Positions 24,850 through 39,026 of a DNA stretch of 64,000 nt are shown one piece after another (position 1 is the stretch's first letter; the number at the start of each line of letters is the position of its first letter). This DNA is from Haliotis rubra. Taxonomy: Eukaryota. The DNA lies in NCBI RefSeq assembly GCF_003918875.1, contig NW_025767146.1:2170001-2234000 (forward strand). Reading direction: 5' to 3'. The position numbers and the translations under genes are program-made. The notes beneath the pieces are model-generated. The model did not search any database. It saw only the letters and a program-made list of their open reading frames with translations, and was not told the DNA's origin.

Positions 24850-27130
24850 TTCACAAAATGCTTTCTGTGAATAAAAAAGGTTCGTTTTGATTACATTTCT
24901 TAGTTTCGTTATCTTTGAGGTAGGACTTTGGTGGTGCATGTGTTGGACCCAGTGCGGATTTGTATTCAGCTCTAGAATCCCGGATAACGACAGTACTGAG
25001 GCAAACGTTCGACAGATGGCTCAGCCAGTTACCATACTCCAATACGTTCTGCGGTAATATCTATTTAACGTCACTTATAACAGGCTCTTTGATCAAATAA
25101 TTGATGTAGTTGTGCTTACAAAATAGCACGGAACTCTCGGACCTAAAAGGCACATGAAACATTTTCTGGTAATGTTTGTGTGATAATCATGAACGACTGG
25201 GGAGCACATTGCAGCAGCATGTGATGCGAGACAACAGATGTCACCAATGACTACGATCTCGAAGGACGATAGTGGTACTGAAACTCCGCTTGACGTTTTT
25301 GGACATTCATTCACTAGACGAGGCATACTGCGTATCAGTCTCCTTGTCCCTAGCACGGGTCGATTGTCAATAGTTTTGGTTTGTTGGTACTCGTTTCATT
25401 TACACCAATATCCCGTGAACGTTCCGTCTGTTGCTGACACTGTATTGCTATTTCACACACAAACAAATGAATGAAATGAAATAGATCCCTACTGTTTAAC
25501 AATTAGAATCGATACACAATCGGATGTGTTTCGTGTTGACATAAACACCATAACCGTTCTTGCACTGTTTGTTATAAACAGGTATCCTTTGTCCCAACAC
25601 TTGGTATTAACATTTATATTTTATGATCCCCTAGTTTGAGTTTTCTTTATGTCACCTGAGACTTTCTCGTGGGAACAACAACACACATTTTATGTTTTGC
25701 AACCAGACATTGGATGTTGAATGATTCATTCTGGTACCGTTTTCATCTTTTTTCAGGTGAAGCTTTCTACCAATGACAGCATCATGCACTGATATTTACC
25801 CCACCCAAAAAGACATTCACCTGGCCCAACTTCTGTATTTACCTGTTAGGGCTAAGACAACATCATCGGGGAAATCTAAAATTATGACTGCAATTGGTAG
25901 CAGACTGTTCATATTGTTTAAGATCGTATTTAAATAACTGACGAATGCTGTCATTGTAAACAGAAGGGAAGTCATCTGTGATTATATGACCTACAATCTG
26001 ATGACAGTGTAATAAGTCTTGGCATCTACAGCAAGTGGAATTTACATCATGAGCTGCCAAGTCAATGTTCTGCAAGACGTTCGTATAATTATATAACTTG
26101 AAATGGTGTTCGAATAGAAAAATGTTGAAAGTTCTTGAATTCTGAAATGCTGTGGTATAGTTAGGAAAAGTCTTGGGTTTTGTATCATGTTGCAACAACG
26201 GGTCTGCCAGCCACAGCAGACGAGGAATGCCACAACAGTTAGCCAGGAGTCAATCAGACACCTCGGTTTTTCGGCTGATGGAGTAGGTCAATAACGAAGA
26301 TTACGACTTAATGGATAAAAACTTGTCTATTGCACGTTTCGGTGTAGGTTCTTACACCGTTATCAAGCTAAATATTTAAAGGAGGTGTATGAATCTAGAA
26401 CGATACGTCGCTCTATGCAATAAACAAGAAGTTGCTATCCATGATGTCGTATGTTTCGTTATTGACTCATCAACTTCCACCAACACCAACTCCAACAATT
26501 AGTAGATCAATGACTGGCCAGTGTTGTTGAAGTGGTCTTCACCCATAGGTCAGTGGAAGACCCCACTGCAGGTGAAGACAGAGTCCAATAACCCTTCCCG
26601 AGTCCACTATAACCGCTGACCAAGTATAAACAGAGACGTTGCACGCCTTCACTATATTGCTTGTAAGGCGAGGAAGGGTTAGCAGCAGCTCTGGTTTTGG
26701 CCAAGCGTCACTGCCTCGGATGGAAGAACAGTTAGACCAACTGCCAGCTTGTTAAAACGGTCGTTTAAACGTTTTGTTAGTCTCTAGAATGTCACTCGTG
26801 TCATTCTTGTAATTAAAGGAAAATATCTATTTTCCGGTAACATGTGTGAAGATGTGAGTTCTCCAGAAGATAAACACCCACATGGCACAGACCGCAAGTC
26901 ACGTGGCCACAGCCATCCAAGCGATGAGAGACTCATTCTGACGGCTCTCAACAAGGCTTTTTTGCCGGGATTGAATGAATTGTTAACTAAAGATAGAATG
27001 GATGTGTTTGCATTACTGGCGCTCCTCAGCTCGCACCAGGTGATTGGGGGTAAAAGTGTGTTTATCTTTGTTCTTACCATGTTGACGGATTTATAAGAAA
27101 AGACTACATGTTTGAGATAAATGCATGTAT
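24850..27130 (-). mobile_element. Decayed Penelope-like element, Naiad/Chlamys-type RT
   Basis: ORF 25863-26198 contains TCCRCQDLLHCHQIVGHIITDDFPSVYNDSIRQLFKY (~CxCxxSxFxYxPxGHVITGDLxIVxNxxLRxxLxKGPKY). Downstream are LLNSRDL (~ILKNSKDLL) and YGNWLSHLSNVC (~YGVYISQLIRYxRAC). Confidence 0.6.
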
Positions 27131-27143
27131 TTGCACACCTAGT

Positions 27144-30100
27144 TAACACACGCATCTCCCTATGCCAAACACTGTGGACCCTCTACAAGACAACTATAAC
27201 ACACGCATCTCCCTATGCCAAACACTGTGGACCCTCTACAATACAACTATAACACACGCATCTCCCTGTGCCAAACACTGTGGATCCTCTACAAGACAAC
27301 TATAACACACGCATCTCCCTATGCCAAACACTGTGGACCCTCTACAAGACAACTATAACACACACATCTCCCTATGCCAGATACTGTGGACCCTCTACAA
27401 TACAACTATAACACACTCATCTCCCTGTGCCAAACACTGTGGATCCTCTACAAGACAACTATAACACACGCATCTCCCTATGCCAAACACTGTGGATCCA
27501 CTACAAGACAACTATAACACACACATCTCCCTATGCCAAACACTGTGGACCCTCTACAATACAACTATAACACACGCATCTCCCTATGTCAAACACTGTG
27601 GACCCTCTACAATACAACTATAACACACGCATCTCCCTATGCCAAACACTGTGGACCCTCTACAATACAACTATAACACACACATCTCCCTATGCCAGAT
27701 ACTGTGGACCCTCTACAATACAACTATAACACACGCATCTCCCTATGCCAAACACTGTGGACCCTCTACAAGACAACTATAACACACACATCTCCCTATG
27801 CCAAACACTGTGGATCCTCTACAAGACAACTATAACACACACATCTCCCTATGCCAAACACTGTGGACCCTCTACAAGACAACTATAACACACACATCTC
27901 CCTATGCCAAACACTGTGGACCCTCTACAATATAACTATAACACACGCATCTCCCTATGCCAAACACTGTGGACCCTCTACAATACAGCTATAACACACA
28001 CATCTCCCTGTGCCAAACACTGTGGACCCTCTACAATACAACTATAACACACGCATCTCCCTATGCCAAACACTGTGGACCCTCTACAATATAACTATAA
28101 CACACGCATCTCCCTATGCCAAACACTGTGGACCCTCTACAATACAGCTATAACACACGCATCTCCCTATGCCAAACACTGTGGACCCTCTACAAGACAA
28201 CTATAACACACACATCTCCCTATGCCAAACACTGTGGACCCTCTACAAGACAACTATAACACACGCATCTCCCTATGCCAAACACTGTGGATCCCTCTAC
28301 AAGACAACTATAACACACGCATCTCCCCTATGCCAAACACTGTGGACCCTCTACAATACAACTATAACACACACATCTCCCTATGCCAAACACTGTGGAC
28401 CCTCTACAATATAACTATAACACACGCATCTCCCTATGCCAAACACTGTGGACCCTCTACAATACAGCTATAACACACACATCTCCCTGTGCCAAACACT
28501 GTGGACCCTCTACAATACAACTATAACACACGCATCTCCCTGTGCCAAACACTGTGGACCCTCTACAATATAACTATAACACACGCATCTCCCTATGCCA
28601 AACACTGTGGACCCTCTACAATACAGCTATAACACACGCATCTCCCTATGCCAAACACTGTGGACCCTCTACAAGACAACTATAACACACACATCTCCCT
28701 ATGCCAAACACTGTGGACCCTCTACAAGACAACTATAACACACGCATCTCCCTATGCCAAACACTGTGGATCCTCTACAAGACAACTATAACACACGCAT
28801 CTCCCTATGCCAAACACTGTGGACCCTCTACAATACAACTATAACACACGCATCTCCCTATGCCAAACACTGTGGACCCTCTACAATACAGCTATAACAC
28901 ACGCATCTCCCTATGCCAAACACTGTGGATCCTCTACAATACAACTATAACACACGCATCTCCCTATGCCAAACACTGTGGACCCTCTACAATACAACTA
29001 TAACACACACATCTCCCTATGCCAAACACTGTGGACCCTCTACAATATAACTATAACACACGCATCTCCCTATGCCAAACACTGTGGACCCTCTACAATA
29101 TAACTATAACACACGCATCTCCCTATGCCAAACACTGTGGACCCTCTACAAAACAACTATAACACAACTATAACACACGCATCTCCCTATGCCAAACACT
29201 GTGGACCCTCTACAATATAACTATAACACACGCATCTCCCTATGCCAAACACTGTGGACCCTCTACAATACAGCTATAACACACGCATCTCCCTATGCCA
29301 AACACTGTGGGCCCTCTACAAGACAACTATAACACACGCATCTCCCTATGCCAAACACTGTGGATCCTCTACAAGACAACTATAACACACGCATCTCCCT
29401 ATGCCAAACACTGTGGACCCTCTACAATACAACTATAACACACGCATCTCCCTATGCCAAACACTGTGGACCCTCTACAATATAACTATAACACACGCAT
29501 CTCCCTATGCCAAACACTGTGGACCCTCTACAATACAGCTATAACACACGCATCTCCCTATGCCAAACACTGTGGACCCTCTACAATACAACTATAACAC
29601 ACACATCTCCCTATGTCAAACACTGTGGACCCTCTACAATACAACTATAACACACACATCTCCCTATGCCAAACACTGTGGACCCTCTACAATATAACTA
29701 TAACACACGCATCTCCCTATGCCAAACACTGTGGACCCTCTACAATACAACTATAACACACGCATCTCCCTATGCCAAACACTGTGGACCCTCTACAATA
29801 CAGCTATAACACACGCATCTCCCTATGCCAAACACTGTGGACCCTCTACAAGACAACTATAACACACGCATCTCCCTGTGCCAAACACTGTGGACCCTCT
29901 ACAATACAACTATAACACACGCATCTCCCTGTGCCAAACACTGTGGACCCTCTACAATATAACTATAACACACGCATCTCCCTATGCCAAACACTGTGGA
30001 CCCTCTACAATACAACTATAACACACGCATCTCCCTATGCCAAACACTGTGGACCCTCTACAAGACAACTATAACACACGCATCTCCCTGTGTCAAAACT

Positions 30101-30449
30101 GTGGACCCTTTACAATACAGCTATAACACACGCATCTCCCTATGCCAAACACTGTGGACCCTCTACAAGACAACTATAACACACGCATCTCCCTGTGTCA
30201 AAACTGTGGACCCTTTACAATACAGCTATAACACACGCATCTCCCTATGCCAAACACTGTGGACCCTCTACAAGACAACTATAACACACGCATCTCCCTG
30301 TGTCAAAACTGTGGACCCTCTACAAAACAGCTATAACACACGCATCTCCCTGTGCCAAACACTGTGGACCCTCTACAATACAGCTATAACACACGCATCT
30401 CCCTATGCCAAACACTGTGGACCCTCTACAATATAACTATAACACACGC
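27144..30449. repeat. 53-bp minisatellite (taacacacgcatctccctatgccaaacactgtggaccctctacaatacaacta), about 62 copies
   Basis: Direct, highly homogeneous tandem periodicity. Confidence 0.99.
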
Positions 30450-30899
30450 AGGAAAAAACGCTGCGAGATCAGGTGAAACGCTGACTTTCAATCGCTATAC
30501 AGACTAGTATCTTTTCGCGTATCCTTGAGAAACCCGTGTACCCAACGGTTACACATGACAAACCTTTACACACGCTGGTATATTATGCACTGTTATAAAA
30601 TACATTCTTACTTCCTGCTTCCGAGCTTTCATCATTTCTAGTTGTCTATTTACAAATGATTTAGTCCACATTTATCACACATATGTACTCTATATTCACC
30701 ACTAATTTTCTGTACGTCCATCATTCGCATCCAATTGAAGACCAATCGCTTAAATAGTTTCAATATTGACATCCTTGAGGAAATAAGACTAAGATGTAAC
30801 CATACCAACAGATGTATAACCTGTCAACCGAAGGTGACACACTATTAATACAGCATATGACTTATACCGGTCTTACCGAATAATTAGGCAGCATATATA

Positions 30900-32200
30900 G
30901 GTTCTATTTAATGCAGATGAGAAAGAAGAGCAAGGTACGACGAAATAACGATATAATAGTTGAAATGGACGTGTTAGAGATACCCAAACGAGCGAATGGC
31001 ACAACTCCCTATTGTGTGTTTAAGCAGTTTCTGCATGGGCGTTCGACTCGTGACCTACCAATTGATGAGAAGACTCCTGCTATACCAACTCGATACACGA
31101 CTGCCACATACGAACACAAACGTTATCAACGCGTTTGTGGGTAGTTTACGTTTGAAGTGTAATGCGTCTGTTGGTTTTACACAATAGTTTTCGAAAGTGT
31201 TTTGGAACAGGGGTGGAACAGGGGGTAGATATGTAGGTGTTTGCTTCTTATTAGACAGCCTCATCTTGCGAAATATTGATGACCTGAGGGTGAGGATCTC
31301 GGCATCGAAGGGCCAAGTGAGGATCGATTGATTGGATAGTTCGTGTGAGTATTTTAATGGGTGGATTGTAAGTCATCTTATCGTCTTTTGTCTGCGCTGG
31401 AAACCTAAGATCTGCTGCCCGGGTGGAGATCTTACGTTAAGGTGACCGGGTGTGCATGTGATGGTCGTGGAACCGTTTGGTTCAGTTTGAAAGCTATTTG
31501 AACTGAATGCCGCATGTGAATAGCAAATCTGTACATATGGACCTGTGTGACCTGGTGGTAAGCAGGATACAGCCTGACTGTATCTTCATGGTGTCTACCT
31601 CCTCCCCGCCCCCAGGCCTGTCCGTCAGTGTGCCATGTGGGTCCAGTGCGCACATAAACTCTTGTCATTACGCTATTGATTGCGGTATACCGGACTGAAC
31701 CAACTCTAGTGGAAGACATCGATGTTAACAAGAACTGGGTGTCCATACACATCCCCCTTAGACATGGGCTGCGGACTTCTTAACAGTATATCTCTATTGT
31801 TAGCGTGGAATCATCATGCCCATTGAGTTAGCTGGACGGAATCTTTCTGATCATCATGAGAATACGCCATCTCTGAGTGTTGACAGAATCGTGGGAGGCT
31901 CTATGTATAGTCGTACAGAAATAGTCGCCACTTGTTGCGCTGTTGTCGATGGTGAGGTCTGGGCGACAAGGGATGAGGTTCCTGGAAGAACAACGGAGGT
32001 ACTTCCGTTACTGTGGTACCCACCCTGCAGACACAAGGGGCATGGCCGAGCGTCGCCGTGCACTCTAGGGGTGACAACAGTCGGGACACCTTTACTGGAC
32101 TTATTTGTATATAATTACAACCTTTTTGTATGGCCTCTTTTGAACAACCGTCAGATCTCCATTTTGCTCAAGTATTCAGATCTTGGATATTTTCGACTTT
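30900..32200 (-). mobile_element. Possible second decayed I/Nimb-like LINE (endonuclease to RT N-terminus)
   Basis: Minus-strand echoes: GSTSVVL (~GGxSILV), LNGH (~GDLNGH, about 31820) and HQLVGH (~HYQLLKH, about 31065). Confidence 0.35.
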
Positions 32201-32294
32201 TGTAAAACCTATAAAAACCTCCATCGATTTGCTTGGGCATGCATGAATGGGATACGTGTGTTCTCAACAAATAATGTAGAGTGACAGAAATATA

Positions 32295-32485
32295 NNNNNN
32301 NNNNNNNNNNNNNNNNNNNNNNNNNNNNNNNNNNNNNNNNNNNNNNNNNNNNNNNNNNNNNNNNNNNNNNNNNNNNNNNNNNNNNNNNNNNNNNNNNNNN
32401 NNNNNNNNNNNNNNNNNNNNNNNNNNNNNNNNNNNNNNNNNNNNNNNNNNNNNNNNNNNNNNNNNNNNNNNNNNNNNNNNNNNNN
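32295..32485. other. Assembly gap (N run)
   Basis: Run of N. Confidence 1.
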
Positions 32486-33239
32486 AGCCCCATTTGCAGT
32501 TATAAGTGTATATGCTCGTTGTGTGTAGTATTAAGTTAGGTTAGGAAGGATTTGTAACATAGCCCTGCAATTATACCGCCATGTCCCTCTCCCGTGTGGG
32601 CCAGACCTAACTGCTCCATGCTTAACACTACAGAAACCATCTTCAGGCACGTCCACATGAAAGGATGATAATTATTTGATAATGCCCCTAACAAGTTTCA
32701 AGACGAAAGGAAAGATTTTAACAAACTTTTTGTCAGTTATGCCATGATTTATATTGCTGGAATCAGACAGGAATTAATGATCGGAACTCAGTTTATGATG
32801 AGAGAGAAGAAGACCTCTCGTGTAATGTTCCTGGTGGTAGTTCCCCCTGATGAGCGCGGGTATCGACAGCAGGGAACACGAGTCCCCGTCGCTTTGATCA
32901 GTCGCTCTACACGGCAGTAGAGCCACAGCCAGCACCAGGCCTTCCCTTTGATCCACGCCAGCTACCGTGACTCGTGGACTTCTGAATGGGATACTGTTCT
33001 GTGGTAATATCATCGACAAGATGGGCAAATTGCATTTATTATCATAACGGCGATAAGTGTTATAATGACGCGTGACAATAAGGGTATCCGATGAGACTTG
33101 TGTAAGACTCTACAAGGAATTAGCGTATATCTTGGTGCCGTATCTTCATCCTCGGCTGCATGAAGTAGGTAAAGATGTCAGTGCCAGTTGTATCAGGGGA
33201 GTTAGGTCTGTTTTTGGTGTTCGTGTGTCAATCACAAAT

Positions 33240-34200
33240 ACACAGCCGCAACAACATCGCCAATCACCACACCAACTCAGACGTACACTACATCCATAAT
33301 GCCAACCACAACCGCGACACAAACCACTACAACGTCAACTAAAGCTCCCACCACATGCACATAGCCAATCACCACACCAACCACAACGTCAATCACCACG
33401 CCGACTCAGACGTACACTACATCCATAATGTCAACCACAACCGCGACACAAACCACTACAACGTCAACTAAAGCTCCCACCACATGCACATAGCCAATCA
33501 CCACACCAACCACAACGTCAATCACCACGCCAACTCAGACGTACACTACATCCATAATGCCAACCACAACCGCGACACAAACCACTACAACGTCAACTAA
33601 AGCTCCCACCACATGCACATAGCCAATCACCACGCCAACCACAACGTCAATCACAACGCCAACCACAACGTCAATCACAACGCCAACCACAAGGTCAATC
33701 ACAACGCCAACCACAACGTCAATCACCATCCCAACAACAACGTCAATCACCACGTCAATCACAACGTCAATCACAACGTCAATCACCACGTCAACCACAA
33801 CGTCAATCACAACGCCAACCACAACGTCAATCACAACGCCAACCACAACGTCAATCACCATCCCAACCACAACGTCAATCACCACGCCAACCACAACGTC
33901 AATCACCACGCCAACCACAACCATAGCGGCAACCACAACCACAACGCCAACCACAACGTCAATCACAACCGCAACCATAGCGGTAGCCACAACGCCAACC
34001 ACAACGTCAATCACAACCACAACCACAACAAAAGCTCCCACCACAACCACAACCACCAAACGAAAATGACAACGATAACGGTAACCAAAGCGTCATTTAC
34101 AACCACGTCAATCCCAACCACAAAACCAATCATAATCATTCAGAAAAATAAAAAAAACATAACTACAATCGCACAAAACCATTCATAACCACAACGACAT
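33240..34200. repeat. AC-rich (aaccacaacgtc-type) repeat with three 129-bp higher-order copies
   Basis: tcagacgtacactacatcc recurs at 33277, 33406 and 33535; 12/24-bp periodicity follows. Confidence 0.95.
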
Positions 34201-35649
34201 CGACAACCACATGTTTTCCTCTCTGTTGTACATATGCACGCATGTACGCGCAGGCACACCCCGGTCGCATCTTCGCGCAGACTCACTCACGAATGCACAC
34301 GCAGACACACAAACGCGCGTATATGCACACAGACACATAAACGTACCAAGACATTCACCCAGACGTACGCACACACATATATATGTATACGGGCACATCT
34401 GTTGCAACATGCCTTACGTATCAACAAGTTCAAATATATAGCCTTAAGTTTACCTGCAAATAATTGATAATGCATTTTAAATGACTAAATCAGTCAAACA
34501 ACGTTAGCCTCGGGGGAAGGATGACAGCTATAGTGATTTGGTGCTATCTGCTTGATGAGCATAACCAACCTGAGAGACGCCAACACAATTACCTGCCTTC
34601 ACATTCAGATGCATATCGTTGGCCATTAACATATCTGCTGTCGTGGGAGGTTAATGATACTGTATGTAACACGCCCTGGCACTTTGTCAAGGGCAATGTA
34701 CACGAACTGCCTTGTGTGTGACAAAATTACAAAACTGTGGCGAACCTGTTGTGCGCTTGTTGCATCTGTCTAGAACACTCACACTTTCCTATAAATACCG
34801 TGTATGTGACAATGTTATAAGACAATCACGAATATCCAATAAGAAGTGTCTTCCTTGAACACGCCAAGTCCACCGAAGGAACCATGTATGTGACATTATT
34901 AGATTTGCTTTTGGGGTGCCCACTCCACTATAATACCCTTGGGTATTCTAGATCTCAAACAAGAATCTCCTATAACATTCACGTTATTTCTACTCCGGAC
35001 ATGTCCACTGCAGTTCGGTCACTATTCGTAAGTTACTATTCTAAAACAGTTACCAAACCAAGCCACTACAGGTCCACTACACTTCAAAAATCGTGTATGG
35101 GACATTTCACGTAGAAGTATCACGCGTTCCATCTGTCTTGGACTTGCCCGTTTTACCTTTCAGCAGCACCACACCTACATAACCTGACACAGTCGCACCG
35201 TCTCTCTCCAGCACGCCCTATATCCTCCCGGAGTAACAAAATCTGTGAAGTACACCCCTACCTTTGAAGTGAGATAAAGAATAACAGATACTCCGATACA
35301 ACACGGAAAGTAAGGTCTCCTGGGTGTGAAACTATCAGCGTCATTATGCCACGCCTAATGAGATGTAGGTGCGGAGCAGATTCCCAGACTGTGGACACAG
35401 TTGCCCGTCCCGACATGTATATCAGCGGAGGGGAGGGGGAGGGGGTTATTAGTCCTCCGGAGGTGTAAGATTGGTGCTAATATGCTGTATCAGTAGCATA
35501 GGAGGAGAACTCTCGTCTCGTGCTGCACATAGCGGCGTCCCCAGTGACTATACGAGATGTGATTAGCAGCGTCGTCAGCAAACATGGTGTACAGGATAAG
35601 AGATGTGATTAGGAACAGAACACATTCCCATGTGAGATTCAGCAATATG

Positions 35650-36030
35650 ATTGTATATAATATGAGAGATTCTCATTGGCAACATTGCTAGAATGGTCGT
35701 ATATAATATGAGAAATATTTCTTTGGTATCATTGGTAGAAAGGACGTATATAATATGAGAAATATTTCTTTGGCATCATAGGTAGAAAGGTCGTATATAA
35801 TATGAGAAATATTTCCTTGGCATCATTGGTAGAAAGGTCGTATATAATATGAGAAATATTTCCTTGGCATCATTGGTAGAAAGGACGTATATAATATGAG
35901 AAATATTTCCTTGGTATCATTGGTAGAAAGGACGTATATAATATGTGAAATATTTCCTTGGTATCATTGGTAGAAAGGACGTATATAATATGAGAAATAT
36001 CTCATTGCCAACATTGCTAGAAAGGCCATG
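35650..36030. repeat. 47-bp minisatellite (atataatatgagaaatatttccttggcatcattggtagaaaggtcgt), about 8 copies
   Basis: Direct tandem periodicity. Confidence 0.97.
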
Positions 36031-36504
36031 CATGCGATATGAGACATCTGACAACCGCGCTGAAAGAAACTGTATATATGATATGAGAACAGCAATGAGT
36101 ATGGAAGTTCTGTTTGTATGAAGGACGTCGGATGTCCACACAGAGTAGCAACATACAAGTATGGACCATCGAAATAATATATTCAACCAATATGCAAAAT
36201 GAATATGTAGATCACAATGCATCATGTAATGCGTACAGTCAGCGTGGTATACCATGGAACAGATGCCCCACGTGGTAAATGTTAAAACATCCCGTTAGAC
36301 TTTAAACCCAGAAAATACGAAGAGTAAAGGTTCGTTTATTTTCAAAAGAAGTCTGACTCACTGAAAGCGGCAAGGACTAGTTGAAGACAAATGTGAACTT
36401 TCGCAACTGAAGTTAGACTTTTTCAGAATGTGAAAGAGTCTGAGTTCAATAAGTGCAACGGAAGAGAAGCACTTACGTCCATCGAGTTACCGGTAATATC
36501 AACC

Positions 36505-37203
36505 GTTCAGTACTACCGCCGACAAGATGTGTTCAGTACTCCCGCCGTCATGATGTGTTCAGTACTACCGCCGTCAAGATGTGTTCAGTACTACCGCCGT
36601 CAAGATGTGTTCAGTACTACCGCCGTCATAATGTGTTCAGTACTACCGCCGTCAGGATGTGTTTGGTACTACCGCCGTCATGATGTGTTCAGTACTACCG
36701 ATGTGTTCAGTACTACCGCCGTCAAGATGTGTTCAGTACTACCGCCGTCATAATGTGTTCAGTACTACCGCCGTCAGGATGTGTTTGGTACTAGAGCCGT
36801 CAGGATGTGGTCAGTACTACCGATGTGTTCAGTACTACCGCCGTCATAATGTGTTCAGTACTACCGCCGTCATGATGTGTTCAGTACTACCGCCGTCAAG
36901 ATGTGTTCAGTACTACCGCCGTCATAATGTGTTCAGTACTACCGCCGTCATGATGTGTTCAGTACTACTGCCGCCATAATGTGTTCAGTACTACCGTCCG
37001 TCAAGATGTGTTCAGTACTACCGCCGTCAGGATGTGTTAAGTACTACCGCCGTCAGGATGTGTTCAGTACTACCGCCGTCAAGATGTGTTCAGTACTACC
37101 GCCGTCAAGATGTGTTCAGTACTACCGCCGTCAAGATGTGTTCAGTACTACCGCCGTCATGATGTGTTCAGTACTACCGTCGTCATAATGTGTTCAGTAC
37201 TAC
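36505..37203. repeat. 26-bp minisatellite (gatgtgttcagtactaccgccgtcaa), about 27 copies
   Basis: Direct tandem periodicity. Confidence 0.98.
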
Positions 37204-37204
37204 T

Positions 37205-37800
37205 GACTTTCGCCTGACACGACTCCTTAGTTATCACAACTCCCACCACTAATTGCCACAGCAACCACTCGTACGACAACCACTGCCCCATCCCGGCACG
37301 ACTCCAATCATCAACACCAACACTTCCACATACATTTTGAAAGGTTTTCAACATCAACGAGCTTGTCTTGCATGCATTACACAATTCCTGCATTCCACGG
37401 ATATCTCGCAGTGTTCCATTACCTAAACCACTCAAGCCAACATTTGGCACACCGCAATCTGGGGTACTGCCATGACAGTTTTCTAGAGTTTTGTTCCACA
37501 TTTTAAAACAACTGGAAGTGTTAAAAGGTTGGATAGAGTTGCACCCCGCACCAGGAGTACACGGAGACGAGTCCCACATTCCAGCTCGCATCAGCTGCAA
37601 CACTTACTGGACAGTGATTTAGATAAAAGCTAAGATGAGATCCCCAGACCCAAATCCCTGAACATTCAGCGATAACAGTCCACGGCCAGGACTTAGCGTC
37701 TTGGGGTTACTGCCGAGTCTCTGGGCTGGAGGTTAAGTGATGACACCCCTTGAGTGCCTCTGTGGGAGATGGAAGGGTCATCCCATGTGAATGTCTGGCT
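37205..37800 (+). mobile_element. Decayed Penelope-like linker/GIY-YIG region
   Basis: Echoes: RISRSVPLPKPL (~RIFPEPP), EYTETSPTFQL (~QYVGETKTTFxLR) and ESLGWRLSDDTP (~ESFWIxxLxTLxP). Confidence 0.4.
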
Positions 37801-38965
37801 TCATCAAGCTGGTGCGGGGGGCATCGTAGTCTGTATAATATACTCCATAGTTATCTCCATGACGCTGGGGGAACTATATCAATTACTTACTCTTCACATA
37901 GTATTGTAAATAATACATCATTTTAATTCAGTTTGTAATGCAGTGTTCACACTTCAGTTCGTGATTCAGTGTACTCCTACTTCCGATGATGATTCAGGAA
38001 TGTACAGTTGCAGTGTAGTATACTCAACCATGTCCACAGTATAGGTCGGAGCTCTGCTCAGACGCCACGTATATCTATACATGAAGTCGTATATGGTTAA
38101 ACAGCGTCACCAGTAAGTGTAAAACATTAAAACCAGAGAATTAATAGTATTGATTTTCTGACGGAACAAATTACATAGGGCGTAAAAAGGGAACTAGCTG
38201 TGACAAGTATGTGAACGGATCGCTGAAACTCAGTGACGACACTCGGTGTTCTCGAAGAGGGTGGCCACGTCCTGCCCACACAAAGTAAACGTTTGCTACC
38301 TGTGGTGTCACGAGGGCTTGTGCATAATCGAAACCCCTGTTTAGTTGTAACCTCTTGCGAATCATAGATGTAAATTACTTATGTCAGGTGGAATTCAGGC
38401 GACATTCCGAGTATGCTATATTCAAAGATACATGTGCGGAGTGCCGGATGTAGTACCAGCTACGTAATGTGTTCCTTGTGGGTGGGAACAACTCGACAAC
38501 AGTAATGAAAGCATGTGATTCTCAACTCACATAACACACGATTCGCTAGAACTGAATGGGTCCACATACTACAACTGGGTTTCTCGGCTGATTGTACAGT
38601 CGCACCCCACATGTGCCAACGGCCCGCATGGATGATGGCAAGATAAAATGTTAAATATATGTTGAACTAGTGTGACAAACAGAATCACAGGTTTTATCAA
38701 ATTACAATGCTAATTATCATTAACTCTATTTTATTGGACTAAGCATCCAAAGTAAGTCTTTCATGACGAAGAGTTTCGATCCATCCAGAACATATTCATG
38801 TCTTCTCGCGGCACTTAAACCTGTCCGTTATACAGGAACCCCCTCGGAAGTTTTGGGGAATAACCTTGTTAGTCCGGACAATATTGCCGCCAGTAAATGC
38901 GCCCTCAAACAAATGACATCATCAACATACCGCCAATGTTTCCCTAACGCATCTTTGGTAAAGGT

Positions 38966-39026
38966 CGTCACGATATGGCTGAGATATTGCCCATGTGACG
39001 TTAAATATTAACTCACTCACTCACTC
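38966..39026 (+). mobile_element. SINE/LINE 3' tail fragment ending in (actc)n
   Basis: cgatatggctgagatattgcccatgtgacgttaaatattaactcactcactcactc is homologous to the tail of the SINEs in this window. Confidence 0.75.

Larger units (their letters stand above)
19600..24850 (+). mobile_element. Heavily decayed, near full-length I/Nimb-like LINE (gag-like ORF1, AP endonuclease, RT), interrupted by three minisatellites
   Basis: Collinear motifs: HPGTAELQHLDL (about 20800; ~HPGTGTYSAIDL), RSTNNHLIRL and FFDLLK (21923-22010; ~RSTIDHLVRL...FFDLEKA), IQVRV (about 22245), a C-terminal HIIL, and an end at about 24815-24848 resembling the SINE tail. Confidence 0.6.

Noticed and set aside
27144-30449. 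53-bp array as a CRISPR array or coding repeat
   Set aside because: Head-to-tail near-identical units with no spacers; the unit length is not a multiple of three.
32209-32505. ORFs spanning N runs (also 59413-59728)
   Set aside because: Artefacts of assembly gaps.
33535-34188. Val-rich and Asn/His-rich ORFs as real proteins
   Set aside because: Alternative frames of an AC-rich low-complexity repeat.
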